Position numbers and translations under genes: made by a program. From an uncultured Gammaproteobacteria bacterium (GTDB lineage Bacteria; Pseudomonadota; Gammaproteobacteria; Pseudomonadales; Porticoccaceae): a stretch of 64,000 bases of DNA. The stretch lies in contig CAVPTW010000018.1 of the NCBI GenBank assembly GCA_963708735.1, positions 1,672-65,671 on the forward strand. Direction: 5' to 3'. Positions 21,358 through 31,657 of the stretch are shown here, piece by piece. Position 1 is the stretch's first letter, and the number at the start of each line of letters is the position of its first letter. The notes beneath the pieces are model-generated. The model had not been told where the DNA came from. It searched no databases and saw only the letters and a list, made by a program, of their open reading frames with translations.

Positions 21358-22553
21358 ATCGTATCTCCCGACGATAGATCGTAACGACGCAGTACACGGG
21401 CAAATTTCCGCAACGCGCCGATACCTGTTTCCTCCGCACGCCGGCACCAATCTTCCAACTGTTTCACCAGTTGTTCCTTTGAGGCGGCAGATCGATTCCA
21501 TAAAGCAGCCAATTCTTGGCGCATGGAATAAATGGTGTCCAGCACCTTGCTTGAGCTCAAAGCCTGTGCCAGCGCAGCGCGTTCCTGCGCGGGTAATTCC
21601 CGCTCATCCCGTTGCAGAACGTACTCGACTTTATCCAACGCAGCAAACCTGACGCATTTTGCAAGCGGGCCAGCCTGCAACCTGCGCATTTCGTCCACCG
21701 TGGTCCGGCGCAAAAGTCTGGCAAATGTGGCAAGAACATACCAACGGTGTGCGATAACAGCGCGCAGGGTATCCGCATCACAGGGGAATTTGGCGGTTTT
21801 TCGACGAACCCGGGGAGCTACCTGGTTTACTTTTGCCAAGCCAAGCGCCTCCAGCATACGGATGTAGATCCAACCGAGATCGCACTCCCACCACCGGAAT
21901 GAAAACCTGGCGGAGTTGACATAGGCATGATGATTATTGTGCAGCTCCTCGCCGCCGATCAGAATGCCCCAGTGTGCGATATTCCTGGAGGCATCGGGCG
22001 GCGCGAAATTGCGGTAACCCCAATAGTGTCCAAGGCCATTTATCACGCCGGCGGCGAACAGCGGGATCCACAGCATCTGTATCGCCCAAATGGTAATCCC
22101 TAACGGACCAAACAGCGCGATATCGATTGCCAGCATGATACCGACACCAAGGCCACTATGCCGTGAGTAGAGATAACGCTCGATCCCGTCATCCGGCGTA
22201 CCCCAACCGTATTTACCAAGGGTTGCTGCGTTTTTACTTTCCCGCCGGTAGAGCTCGATGCCATCGAACAGGACCTTGCGGATTCCATGGACCTGAGGAC
22301 TGTGCGGATCTTCCTCGGTGTCGACCGTGGCGTGGTGTTTGCGATGTATGGCAACCCACTCCCGGGTCACCATGCCCGTGGTGAGCCACAACCAAAAACG
22401 GAAGAAGTGACTCGCAACCGGATGTAGAGTCAGTGCACGATGTGTCTGATGGCGATGTAGAAAAATTGTCACCGAAATAATGGTGACATGAGTCAAGACC
22501 AGCGCAACCAGAACAACACCCCACCCTGGCAAGTCGATAAAGCCAAGCCGCAT
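21354..22553 (-). CDS. Membrane fatty-acid (acyl-CoA/phospholipid delta-9, DesA-like) desaturase
   Basis: All three His boxes are present: HRHQTHR, HRKHHATVD and HNNHHAY. The ATG at 22553 is preceded by GAAGGG. Confidence 0.85.
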   Translation of the reverse strand: MRLGFIDLPGWGVVLVALVLTHVTIISVTIFLHRHQTHRALTLHPVASHFFRFWLWLTTGMVTREWVAIHRKHHATVDTEEDPHSPQVHGIRKVLFDGIELYRRESKNAATLGKYGWGTPDDGIERYLYSRHSGLGVGIMLAIDIALFGPLGITIWAIQMLWIPLFAAGVINGLGHYWGYRNFAPPDASRNIAHWGILIGGEELHNNHHAYVNSARFSFRWWECDLGWIYIRMLEALGLAKVNQVAPRVRRKTAKFPCDADTLRAVIAHRWYVLATFARLLRRTTVDEMRRLQAGPLAKCVRFAALDKVEYVLQRDERELPAQERAALAQALSSSKVLDTIYSMRQELAALWNRSAASKEQLVKQLEDWCRRAEETGIGALRKFARVLRRYDLSSGDTI

Positions 22554-23174
22554 AACGACACCCTTCAAGAGACCGCACAGCTACAGCTGGCGCCGACGCG
22601 CAACACAGAATCTTCCAAATGCTGAATGTTACTCAAATAACCACAACAATCTGTACGGTAGCGAACATATAACACGCTATTAGCCGGACCAAATGAAAAA
22701 GCGGCATCATGTCAAAGTGACGCTGCCTCATTATTTCATTCCTGATGGTCTAATGATGCACGCTCATGGCCAGCTACGCCTTCGCGAGGCGCTCTTTGAT
22801 TGATCTGGTCTGCAGAATTTAGGGGTCCATATGAATGGGTATGCGCGCCACCGTATCGATCGAAATGTTCTGGCGACCGTCGGAGCACTTGTGTCTTCAT
22901 TGCAATGCAGTGGTTGCGAAGCGCTTTTCGAGCCAGCATGAAGCGGGACCGACGCTTGATCTGAGTATTTTGGGGGGAATGCCGACTAGAAGCGTTCACT
23001 GCTGCTTCGAACAGCCTTGATCATCCCGTTGTGGTTACAACGTTGAAACCCTTGCGGCAAACGATCCAGAGCATAGGATTTGCAGACGACTATGCTGCCA
23101 ACGGACGTTGGAGCAAAAAGACGCCGTGTAGGCGCTGCTGTGTGTTCATTGCAAACCAATCCTGCTCTGCGAAC

Positions 23175-23924
23175 CTATGCGGGGACGGCGGCAACGCCTC
23201 GTGTGTAGCCTGCATCGGCCAGTAAGCGGGCATATTCTTTCTTGACCACTTGGTAGCACTCGCACGCGCGGGTCTCAAGTCCCGAGCGCTCAAGCACAGA
23301 AATATGGCCGCGCCGATAACGAATGATTCCGGCGCGCTGCAAATTGCCCGCGGCTTCCGTGATGCCCTCACGACGAACGCCGAGCATGCTGGCAACCAAA
23401 CCGTGGGTCATGATCAGTTCTCTTGACGCACCCCGATCAAGGGTCAACAGTAGCCAGCGGCACAGTTGTTGTTCTATCGAATGATGCCGATTACAGGCTG
23501 CGGTCTGGGTCATCTGCGTCATCAATGCCTGGGTATAGCGTAGCAATAACAGCTGCATGGCCCCGCCACGGTTGAACTCGTCCTTGAGCGCTTTCGCAGA
23601 TAACCGGTACGCTTGGCCGGCAGTTTGCACTACGGCCGAGCTCGGCGTGCTTTCACCACCCATAAACAGCGAGATGCCCAATACGCCCTCGTTACCCACT
23701 CCGGCAGCTTCGGTAGAGGCACCGTTTTCCATGACATAATGCAGCGATACGATGGCGGTGATGGGGAAATAGCCATACCGCAGCTGTTCCCCGGGTGCGT
23801 AGAGCATGTCGCCGAGTCGCAGTTCGGTCAGCTCCAGATGCGCAGCCATGCGTGCGAGATCGGCCTTGGAGAGTGCCGCAAGAAGATGATTTTGCTGCGG
23901 GTCAGGAAGCGACGACATTGGCAA
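23175..23924 (-). CDS. Crp/Fnr-family transcriptional regulator (paralog 1)
   Basis: It has a cNMP-binding-like N-terminus and the C-terminal HTH MTHGLVASMLGVRREGITEAAGNLQRAGIIRY. Confidence 0.85.
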   Translation of the reverse strand: MPMSSLPDPQQNHLLAALSKADLARMAAHLELTELRLGDMLYAPGEQLRYGYFPITAIVSLHYVMENGASTEAAGVGNEGVLGISLFMGGESTPSSAVVQTAGQAYRLSAKALKDEFNRGGAMQLLLLRYTQALMTQMTQTAACNRHHSIEQQLCRWLLLTLDRGASRELIMTHGLVASMLGVRREGITEAAGNLQRAGIIRYRRGHISVLERSGLETRACECYQVVKKEYARLLADAGYTRGVAAVPA

Positions 23925-23941
23925 GCCGCGAATTGGTCATA

Positions 23942-24763
23942 CTATTTCCTGATGGTGCATTCGACGCCGATACCGCGGTAGCCAATAAAGCGGCAGGAAC
24001 TGTCGAACATGGGCTCGCCGCTGACCCGAAACTGCTGTTGTAATCCATCGACGTTGATACGGCTGAAAATGAAATCCAGAAAAGGCTCGCGCGCTGCAAT
24101 CTTTGCCTGAAGCGCTGCTCGCTCCGCCTGATTCCAGCCTTTGTCGTCGTCGCTCACGGTTGTGTCCCCAAAAGCACCCACACGGATCCCAAGCATCTCC
24201 AGCACCGGGCCCGAGACCTTGGTAAAGTTTCCGTTGCTGTCCTGTTCCCAGTACCAGTCAGAGGCCAATTCGGTCAGACTTCGGAAGCGTGCTTCGCTCT
24301 CGCGGAGCTCGGCGGTGCGTTCCTCTACCCGCTGTTCCAGCAGCTTGGCGCGTCTGTCGAGCTCTTTGTAGAGCAACCTTACCTCCAGCATATTGTGGAT
24401 GCGGGTTCTGACCTCGACGAGATCAAACGGCTTGCTGATGAAATCCTTCGCGCCTGCCTGCAATGCGCGCAGTTTGTGGCCGGGTTGTGCGGTGAGTACA
24501 AGGACCGGAAGGTAACCATCCTCGGAATTTGTCTTGAGGCCTTCCATTACCTGGAATCCATCCATGCCCGGCATTTGCAGGTCGAGCAGGATCAGATCGT
24601 AGCGATGCGCGCGATGGAGTGCACAGACCTCTCGCGGATCCCGCGTTGAGGCAACACGGGTATAACCGCCCTCACTCAGTAATTGTGTAAGCAGGCTGAC
24701 ATTGGACTCCTGGTCGTCAACGATCAGAATGCTCGCGTTTAGGATATCTTGACCGCTAACCAT
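23942..24763 (-). CDS. Response regulator: REC, coiled coil and PAS, with no DNA-binding or enzymatic output
   Basis: REC motifs are ILIVDDQESNVSLL...DLILLDLQMPGMDG. The C-terminal PAS-like segment is WYWEQDSNGNFTKVSGP. Confidence 0.85.
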   Translation of the reverse strand: MVSGQDILNASILIVDDQESNVSLLTQLLSEGGYTRVASTRDPREVCALHRAHRYDLILLDLQMPGMDGFQVMEGLKTNSEDGYLPVLVLTAQPGHKLRALQAGAKDFISKPFDLVEVRTRIHNMLEVRLLYKELDRRAKLLEQRVEERTAELRESEARFRSLTELASDWYWEQDSNGNFTKVSGPVLEMLGIRVGAFGDTTVSDDDKGWNQAERAALQAKIAAREPFLDFIFSRINVDGLQQQFRVSGEPMFDSSCRFIGYRGIGVECTIRK

Positions 24764-24781
24764 TGGAATTCTGCTTTGTCA

Positions 24782-26476
24782 TCAGTTTGGGCCAGTTTTG
24801 GAAAAAGCGACCGCCAAGTCCAGCACATCCATGAATTCGTTGACTTTGATGGGTTTGGTGAGATACCGAAAGAATCCCGCGTCCAGGCCTCTGGCAATAT
24901 CGCGGGGCATGGCGTTGGCGCTGAGCGCCACCACGGGGATGTGCGCCGTAACCGGGTCTGCGCGCAGGATTTTCAACGCCTGGACACCACTGATGCCCGG
25001 CAGATTGATGTCCATGAGAATGACATCTGGCCGGGAAGCGCGCGCAATCTCGATACCACGGTAGCCGTCTTGCGCGCTCAGTAAACGGATATCGGGGCGC
25101 CGCTGGACGAGATCCTCGACCAACATGAGATTGGCAGCATTGTCTTCGACATAGAGCAGGGTGTGCGCCTGTGCGCCTGTCGAAGCTCGCGCTTGACCAA
25201 CCGCAGTGGGCTGGCCGGCCGCGGGTCGCGGCTGTGTGGTCAAATTCAGGTCTATCCAGAATACGCTGCCCACGCCGACGGTACTTTCCACGCCGATTTC
25301 CCCTTTCATCAACTCAATCAGCCGCTTGCTCACCATCAGCCCGATGCCAGTACCCTCCTCGATACTTGCTTCCTGGCCAAGTCGATTGAACGGCTGAAAA
25401 AGCTGTGCAAGTTTATCGGACGTCAAACCTTCACCGGTATCGCTGACACAAATGCGAATACGTCCTTGGGTGCTGGCCACGTAATCCACAACGACTGAGC
25501 CATTTAACCTGTTATATTTGATCGCGTTGGAAAGCAGGTTGATGAGAACCTGCTTAACCCGGGTGCGGTCGGCCTTGACAAAGTACGGGACATCGAACCT
25601 GGGAAAGGTCATACGGATGCCGCGTTTTTCCGCCTGCGGCTCCATCATGGCCTGGCACTCGTGCACAACCTCGCCGAGCGATACGGGTTCCAGCGATACC
25701 GGAAGCTTCCCGGACTCTATCAAAGCCAGATCAAGTATTTCGTTGATGAGTTCGAGTAGGTACCAACCCGCCTTGAGTATCTGATCGATGCTGCGGGTTT
25801 GGGATGCCGTCGGTGCGGGTGTGCCGGATTCCATCAGCTGGGCGAAGCCAAGGATAGCACTGAGCGGTGTGCGTAGCTCATGGCTCATGCTGGAAAGAAA
25901 CGCCGATTTCGCGAGGTTGGCTTTCTCTGCTACAGCGATGGCGTTGGTAAGTTCAAGTTCGACCTGTTTGCGCACGGAATTGTCGGTGCCGATCAACAGA
26001 TATCCGATGATTTCGCCATAATCATCGCGCAACGCTGTGATCGAAACGATGGCAGGAAACCGACTGCCATCCTTGCAGATATAGGTCAACTCGTAGATGT
26101 CCTCGATGCCTCGCGAAGCCTTGAAAGCCAGCGCTTGAAAGCCTGGCGTAATGGTGGTTGCAAGCTCCAGGCTAAGTGCGTGCGCCCGTGCCATCACTTC
26201 GTGCGGATCATGAATATCGCTGGGATTGATCTTGTTCACAACTTCTACGGCCAGGTAACCCAGCATGCGCTCGGCGCCGACATTGAATAGTTGAATAATG
26301 CCCTTTTCATCGGTGGCGATGATCGAGAAATTGGCGCTGGTAAGAATCGCGTTCTGCAGAGCGCCGGTTTTGAGCAAAGCCTCTTGGCGGCGTACTTCGA
26401 TAATGCAGTCTGCGCTGCCGCCATCGCCGGAAGGGGCGGGGTCGGGAGGGGCGGGCAGGTTTTCTGATGCGGACAT
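24782..26476 (-). CDS. Hybrid sensor histidine kinase (PAS, HisKA, HATPase_c, REC)
   Basis: The H-box is SMSHELRTPLSAILGF and the G2 box is GTGIGLMVSKRL. The C-terminal REC domain reads LLYVEDNAANL...ILMDINLPGISG. The start was trimmed to MSASENL. Confidence 0.9.
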   Translation of the reverse strand: MSASENLPAPPDPAPSGDGGSADCIIEVRRQEALLKTGALQNAILTSANFSIIATDEKGIIQLFNVGAERMLGYLAVEVVNKINPSDIHDPHEVMARAHALSLELATTITPGFQALAFKASRGIEDIYELTYICKDGSRFPAIVSITALRDDYGEIIGYLLIGTDNSVRKQVELELTNAIAVAEKANLAKSAFLSSMSHELRTPLSAILGFAQLMESGTPAPTASQTRSIDQILKAGWYLLELINEILDLALIESGKLPVSLEPVSLGEVVHECQAMMEPQAEKRGIRMTFPRFDVPYFVKADRTRVKQVLINLLSNAIKYNRLNGSVVVDYVASTQGRIRICVSDTGEGLTSDKLAQLFQPFNRLGQEASIEEGTGIGLMVSKRLIELMKGEIGVESTVGVGSVFWIDLNLTTQPRPAAGQPTAVGQARASTGAQAHTLLYVEDNAANLMLVEDLVQRRPDIRLLSAQDGYRGIEIARASRPDVILMDINLPGISGVQALKILRADPVTAHIPVVALSANAMPRDIARGLDAGFFRYLTKPIKVNEFMDVLDLAVAFSKTGPN

Positions 26477-27149
26477 GGCTATTTTCCGTGGCATACAACA
26501 ACGACATGCCCGACCCATACTGCCTTTTTCGGCGAGTAAAAGGCGGCCCGCGGCATTTAATTACGCATGTCACCGCCCGCGTAGCTAGACGACCACCGAT
26601 GATTGGGATTTACTTGACGGCTGTCTGTCTGCTGGCGCACATAAGCGGCTCAATGCCAGCAAGCGGTGTCGGGCATGGGCTTGAGAAGCCAGGTAACCCG
26701 CCGCAAACTGCCGCAGCATAAGCCCTGCCAGCCGCCGAGTTGCGTGCGGAACAATCTGGCGCGCGGGTTATGAGTGTCATCCGCCAAGCCATCGTCGACG
26801 TTAATGTCAGATCTGCAAAGCTCCTTCTAGCCGAGCGCATTTCACTTGGTCCGCACTCGAGATTAGATGTGTAGTGTTTCCCGGCGCGTGACCCCATTTG
26901 GTTTTATGCAAGCCAAAGAGCATCGTGCACAAAGCCGATATTTTCACCTCATCGCGTATTTGCAGCCAGCCTGTGGATCCATGACGACTACCCTCCAAAA
27001 ACAGGGGGCTGGATATGGTCAGGCGCTGAAATGCTTGAGCGCCAGCTTCATGTCAAACCGTCAATATTAGGAACCGTTGATCATTCACTGTAATTTCCGT
27101 CTGGCGACGTCGGTATTGAGCGATCAGACAATACGATGTCCTTTTTTAC

Positions 27150-27488
27150 CCGCAAATAGCGTATTTGTGCGCATGGCGTCGCCTATTTCGCCTCTTTCCG
27201 CACTTTTCCGGTGCGGCTCGGCAACTTCGGTTCCGGGATCCGATAAGTTGAACCAATGCTGGAGGATGTAGATCCGCAACACCCGCTCGACGCCCACCGG
27301 CCGGCGCCCTGTGGGTTGGGATAGAACGGTTCAATGGCAGCGGTCAATTCCTGCCACGGAACGGTGCGTTCGATCTCGTCGAGAAATAGTTCTTTGCGGG
27401 TCGTCCTGCAGAACTTCGCGAAGCGCTCCTTGACGAAGGTTTGCTGCCGTACGTGCTCCACTCGCCGGGTCGTTGCCGCTGCGTGCAT
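27150..27488 (-). mobile_element. IS5-family transposase N-terminal remnant (frameshifted and truncated)
   Basis: The segment RTTRKELFLDEIERTVPWQELTAAIEPFYPNPQGAGR continues after a -1 shift as PVGVERVLRIYILQHWFNLSDP. This matches the InsH-type N-terminus. No DDE catalytic region follows. Confidence 0.7.
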
Positions 27489-27779
27489 GGTCGCCTGCCG
27501 GGGGACATCATCAGAGTTTTCTTACGATGTGCGGTTCCGCACAGACGCAAACTAAATTCATGGTTATTTTTGCATGGTGTCATTGACGAATCGGGAGCGC
27601 GGCAATCTAGCCAGACTCGGGTTCAGTATGGGGTCTTGATGAGCGATCTGAAGAAACAGCGCGCAGTTAGCGAAAGAAACCAGCATGCCATTCATTCGTG
27701 GAGTTTGTTTCGTAGCATTGGCGCGCCTTTCAGACCATTTCCGGCAGGAGTCGCGGACAAGACATTGATGCGATCAGCT

Positions 27780-28022
27780 ATGGGTAAAGATGATATTGTA
27801 ACCCAGCTGGTGAAGCCGTTGCAGCCGGGGTTGGACAAGACGAAAGAGAAATGGAAGCAGCAAATTGTAGCAGCCAGGATCGCCTGGGCGAAGTTGACGG
27901 AAGATGAGCTGATCAAGCTCGATGGCGACCGACGGGGTCTGGCGGTGTTGATTGAGGAACGTTACGGTATAACGCAGGATGCCGCCGAGATGCGGGTAAA
28001 ACGTTTCTTCCAAAATCGTTAG
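27780..28022 (+). CDS. CsbD-family general stress protein
   Basis: The segment WKQQIVAARIAWAKLTEDELIKLDGDRRGLAVLIEERYGITQDAAEMRVKRF follows the CsbD pattern (xWGKLTDDDLxxIxGxRDxLxGxIQERYG). Confidence 0.65.
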   Translation: MGKDDIVTQLVKPLQPGLDKTKEKWKQQIVAARIAWAKLTEDELIKLDGDRRGLAVLIEERYGITQDAAEMRVKRFFQNR

Positions 28023-28160
28023 GCAGGCGACTGGCCCCAACACTGAAAATCTTCGGTGCAAGACCATGAGCTGGAAAAGTCGCTAAATGTTTTACGATAT
28101 GCTATCCAGCGTTGTGCATGACATGTTGAATTTACCTTCGACAAACCCACGGAGAAATGT

Positions 28161-28730
28161 ATGAAAAATCTTTGGAATCGATATTTGGCGTTCACGCTTG
28201 CAGCGACCGCGATCCTCTATGCTGGTCTATTCAGCGCAGTAGCCAAGGCTGATAACCCTACCGCTGAAGATCTGAACCGGGATGCCAAGCAATCACTTCA
28301 GGTCCTATACAAAAGCAATTCCCTGGCCCTGGAAATTTCCAAACACGCCAAGGCGGTGCTGGTGTTTCCCAACATGGTCAAAGCGGGACTGATTTTTGGC
28401 GGCGCTTACGGGGAAGGCGTTCTGTACAAGGGATCGGCGGTCGCGGGTTATTACAATTCCGTATCCGCATCCTGGGGGTTGCAGGCTGGCGCCCAGAGCT
28501 ATGGCTACGCGGTTTTCTTGATGACCGATAATGCAATTGATTACCTCAACAAATCCGAGGGTTGGGAACTGGGTGTTGGACCTTCGGTGGTTGCAGTCAA
28601 TGAAGGCGTAGCCAAAAATCTATCAACGTCGCTGCTGAAGGATGATGCCTATGCCTTTATCTTCGATCAGCAGGGTCTGATGGCTAGCCTCAGTATCGAA
28701 GGTACCAAGATTACGCGCATCAAACGGTAA
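28161..28730 (+). CDS. Secreted SYLF (DUF500/Ysc84-like) lipid-binding domain protein
   Basis: A signal peptide is followed by KAVLVFPNMVKAGLIFGGAYGEGVLY...GLQAGAQSYGYAVFLMTDNAIDYL, which is typical of SYLF. Confidence 0.75.
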   Translation: MKNLWNRYLAFTLAATAILYAGLFSAVAKADNPTAEDLNRDAKQSLQVLYKSNSLALEISKHAKAVLVFPNMVKAGLIFGGAYGEGVLYKGSAVAGYYNSVSASWGLQAGAQSYGYAVFLMTDNAIDYLNKSEGWELGVGPSVVAVNEGVAKNLSTSLLKDDAYAFIFDQQGLMASLSIEGTKITRIKR

Positions 28731-28967
28731 CCAGATGCGTTGGTTGAAGTGTGAATTGTGGAGGTGTTTCGGACCTGTCCGGCCAAGGTCTCGGCTGTTC
28801 GGTTGATTCCCACCTGGAGCAACGACATGGTGATGCTGACTGGCAAGTTGGACGCACCGCTACCGGGGTCGTTCTGAGGGTCGCGCGGGCAACCGAGCGC
28901 ATTCAGGAGGCCAAGGCCCCGAGCTTCGCCAACCTGAACCGAGCCATTACCGAGCCATTGTTGCTAA

Positions 28968-29001
28968 ACCGCTGCCAACGGATTGCGCAGCGGTCTTTTT
29001 A
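28968..29001 (+). terminator. Candidate Rho-independent terminator with no CDS immediately upstream
   Basis: An 8-bp stem, ACCGCTGC / GCAGCGGT, has an 11-nt loop and is followed by CTTTTTA. It lies about 240 nt after the SYLF stop. Confidence 0.45.
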
Positions 29002-29185
29002 TGTACGAAAGTCCTCCGTTCATCGGTTCTATGCTCCACTTACGAGCACTTCCTAACGCAACGCCACTCAAGTTTGCGGCTCGCCGAATGAATCTGCCGG
29101 GTTTGATCCGTGTTGATCAAATTCCGCTGGCGCTGTGGTTGACCCTGCTTGCCGCTTGTACCCTCTTTTGACTATTGTTCCAGAG

Positions 29186-29850
29186 ATGGCCCGGGATCAT
29201 GCGGCTTCAGCGCCGATCGACGGAAAACAGGGGCCACTGTCAGCCGAACGCAGTACAGCGATTCTCAACGAGCGGAAGTCAAGAGGTACGGAAACCAACA
29301 TCTTCGATGTGCATCTTGCGGTTGACGAAGCTATCGCCGGTAGCCCCCTGACCGCCGGTAACAAGGTCGAATTGCTGCAAGATGGCTCCGCCACCTATAA
29401 AGCGATGATTTCAGCCGTCAGCGTCGCCCGTGACAACATCAACACGGGGACCTACATCCTTAGCGACGACGAAGTCGCTCAGCGTTTCGTCACCGCCTTG
29501 ATCGCCAAGCAGCAGGAAGGTGTACAGGTAAACCCGATTCGTGACAGCGTGGGCACTCTCGGCGCACCGACGGAATTTTTCTGCACGCTCTCCGATGCCG
29601 GCATCAATATCCTGCAGTTCAACCCAGGCAACCCCTTGGCCGCAAAATCGGATGGGGAGGTGAACCAGCGCGATCACCGCAAACTTCCAATAGTCGAAGG
29701 GCGCGTGGCATTTCTCGCCGGCGTCAATATCAACAGTGTCTCTTCCGGTCGATCATTCAGTCAGCGGTGCAGAATGCGGCCCGGCGGCGCACTGCCCTGA
29801 AGGGACACCGACCTGCAGCTGGAGGGACCGGTGGTCGACGCACCAGCATG
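29186..29850 (+). pseudogene. cls: Decayed cardiolipin synthase / phospholipase D gene (first HKD domain only)
   Basis: The segment HRKLPIVEGRVAFLAGVNIN is an HKD motif with D replaced by E. An in-frame TGA at 29798-29800 sits where the conserved Trp of PWRDT belongs. The same frame continues RDTDLQLEGPVV and then stops. The second HKD half is absent. Confidence 0.7.
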
Positions 29851-30765
29851 ATGACCCGCGTGGTTCGATATGCCATATGTTCCAGACGGTTGTGGTCAGT
29901 CGTGCTTTTCATATTGTGGTGTGTACCGCTAGCGCGTGCACAGGACGCGGCTTCACTGAAGGCGCATCATGCTGCGTTGCTCGAGCAATTGGCGAGTAAT
30001 CAATTTCAGCGACCCATTTACCTCGAATCCAGCGAAAACGCTGAATTTATCAAAGGGGACACCTATGCGGAGCTGCAACAGCCCTATGCGGTAGTGGCGT
30101 CTGCCCTTGAAAACGGTGATCACTGGTGCGATGTTTTTATTCTTCACATCAACGTGAAAGATTGCGTCACCTCAGTCCGGGGGGGCCGCAAAATATTAAG
30201 CATCAATATCGGACGCAAATCAGATCAACCACTCAGCGATACCCAGCTGGTTGAATTTGTCTACCGGGTGGTGGCAGCTGGGTCAGACTACCTGCAAATG
30301 GAACTAAAGGCGGAGAAGGGACCGCTTGGTACCAGTAACTACCGGATCGCGCTTGAAGTCACCGCGCTCGACGCGCAGCATAGCTACCTCCACATGTCCT
30401 ATTCGTATGCTTACGGTAATGTCGCGCGCGTGGCGATGCTGGGTTATCTGGCGACGATCGGGCGCAACAAAGTGGGCTTCAGCATCCCGGCAATCAATTC
30501 CAGGGGCCAGCCGACCTATGTCGGTGGCATGCGCGGCGTGGTCGAGCGCAATACGATGCGGTATTACCTGGCTGTCGAAGCCTATCTCGGTGCCTTGTCA
30601 ACGCCGATGCCCGCGCAGATCGAAAAGCGCTTGAATGACTGGTACGCGGGTATCGAGCGTTATCCGCTTCAACTGCACGAACTCGAACGCGACGAGTACC
30701 TGGATCTGAAGCGCAGGGAAATTCTACGCCAACAGTTGCCGGATTCGTCAGCCGGGACAAAATAA
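29848..30765 (+). CDS. Secreted hypothetical protein (305 aa), family not recognised
   Basis: The signal peptide is MMTRVVRYAICSRRLWSVVLFILWCVPLARA/QD. The frame is open and non-repetitive. The ATG overlaps the end of the cls remnant. Confidence 0.6.
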   Translation: MMTRVVRYAICSRRLWSVVLFILWCVPLARAQDAASLKAHHAALLEQLASNQFQRPIYLESSENAEFIKGDTYAELQQPYAVVASALENGDHWCDVFILHINVKDCVTSVRGGRKILSINIGRKSDQPLSDTQLVEFVYRVVAAGSDYLQMELKAEKGPLGTSNYRIALEVTALDAQHSYLHMSYSYAYGNVARVAMLGYLATIGRNKVGFSIPAINSRGQPTYVGGMRGVVERNTMRYYLAVEAYLGALSTPMPAQIEKRLNDWYAGIERYPLQLHELERDEYLDLKRREILRQQLPDSSAGTK

Positions 30766-31317
30766 GTTCGGGAAGCGCGCGAGAATCGATCGCGGCCCAA
30801 GTCTGAGAACCTACCGAATAACCTTCGCGGTCCTTTGTCGGGGCTTTGCCTCATCGAAGCACCCGGGACCGATGCGCTGCTTGCTCATATTGCGACTAGG
30901 AGCAGCATCGATACTTTGGGTGCAGCGTGTGAAGAAACCATGACGCCGCATGATGTTCTGCTCTCGATGGCCAAACACCCACTGTTTTAGTCAGATCTTT
31001 GGTGCGGGTAACTTCCGACGAACGTTGCGGGAAAGCCCTGCGCGGGCAAACCGCAAGACGCAGACTTGTGCAGCTTGAACAACCTTCCGATTTCCATTCA
31101 ACGCGCGTTGCCGCACAGACAGTGCAGTCGCAAACGCAGAGTATGACGGTGGCTAGTCGCCGCATGGGGTCACCAAACTCACACTTTGCTGCTATTTTCA
31201 ATGAACAGTTGGTCTGGATGGGTTTGATACTCAACCATGCTGTAGGGCAGCGGTGCGCAGCTCCGGTTGCTACCCGATCTTGGGGAAAATCCGCCATTTC
31301 AGGATTTGGAGGTAACA

Positions 31318-31545
31318 ATGAGGTACTGCGTGAAGTTTGCACATCGAATTTCGGTAGGTGGGGTCGCAGTGGCATTGGCGCTCGCCGTCACGGCTTGCAG
31401 CGGAATGTCGGCGCAGGATAAGCGCACCGCGGTCGGTGCGGGCGTTGGTGCCGTTGGCGGTTCGGTGCTCACAGGCGGCAGCGCGGTCGGAACGATCGGC
31501 GGTGCGGCGGTAGGTGGCGTGATAGGCCATGAGGTCGGCAAATAG
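31318..31545 (+). CDS. Glycine-zipper (OsmB/Pcp-like) lipoprotein
   Basis: It has the lipobox LAVTAC, then GAGVGAVGGSVLTGGSAVGTIGGAAVGGVIG. GGAGG lies 7 nt upstream of the ATG. Confidence 0.7.
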   Translation: MRYCVKFAHRISVGGVAVALALAVTACSGMSAQDKRTAVGAGVGAVGGSVLTGGSAVGTIGGAAVGGVIGHEVGK

Positions 31546-31657
31546 CTCAGAGTATCCTTCCCGCCGCCGGATGCGCGGGGGAGGTCAAGCCAGGTTCGCG
31601 TTGCACTGAGCCGATAATCCGCTGGCCTGCTGGCTATCGATAATCGGTTGCGACAGG

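Noticed and set aside
22736-22999. An 87-aa minus-strand ORF in the spacer between the desaturase and Crp paralog 1.
   Set aside because: It has no ribosome-binding site and no recognisable motif, and its composition is basic and Ser/Arg-rich. I left it unannotated.
27441-27779. The long N-terminal extension of the CsbD ORF (MLPYVLHSPGRC... / MSDLKKQRAV...).
   Set aside because: CsbD proteins are about 60-80 aa. The extension overlaps the IS5 remnant region and has an implausible composition, so I used the internal ATG at 27780.
30896-31375. A 159-aa minus-strand ORF overlapping the promoter and start of the OsmB-like lipoprotein gene.
   Set aside because: It overlaps a better-supported gene on the other strand. 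Its translation is Cys/Arg/Ser-rich with no motif.
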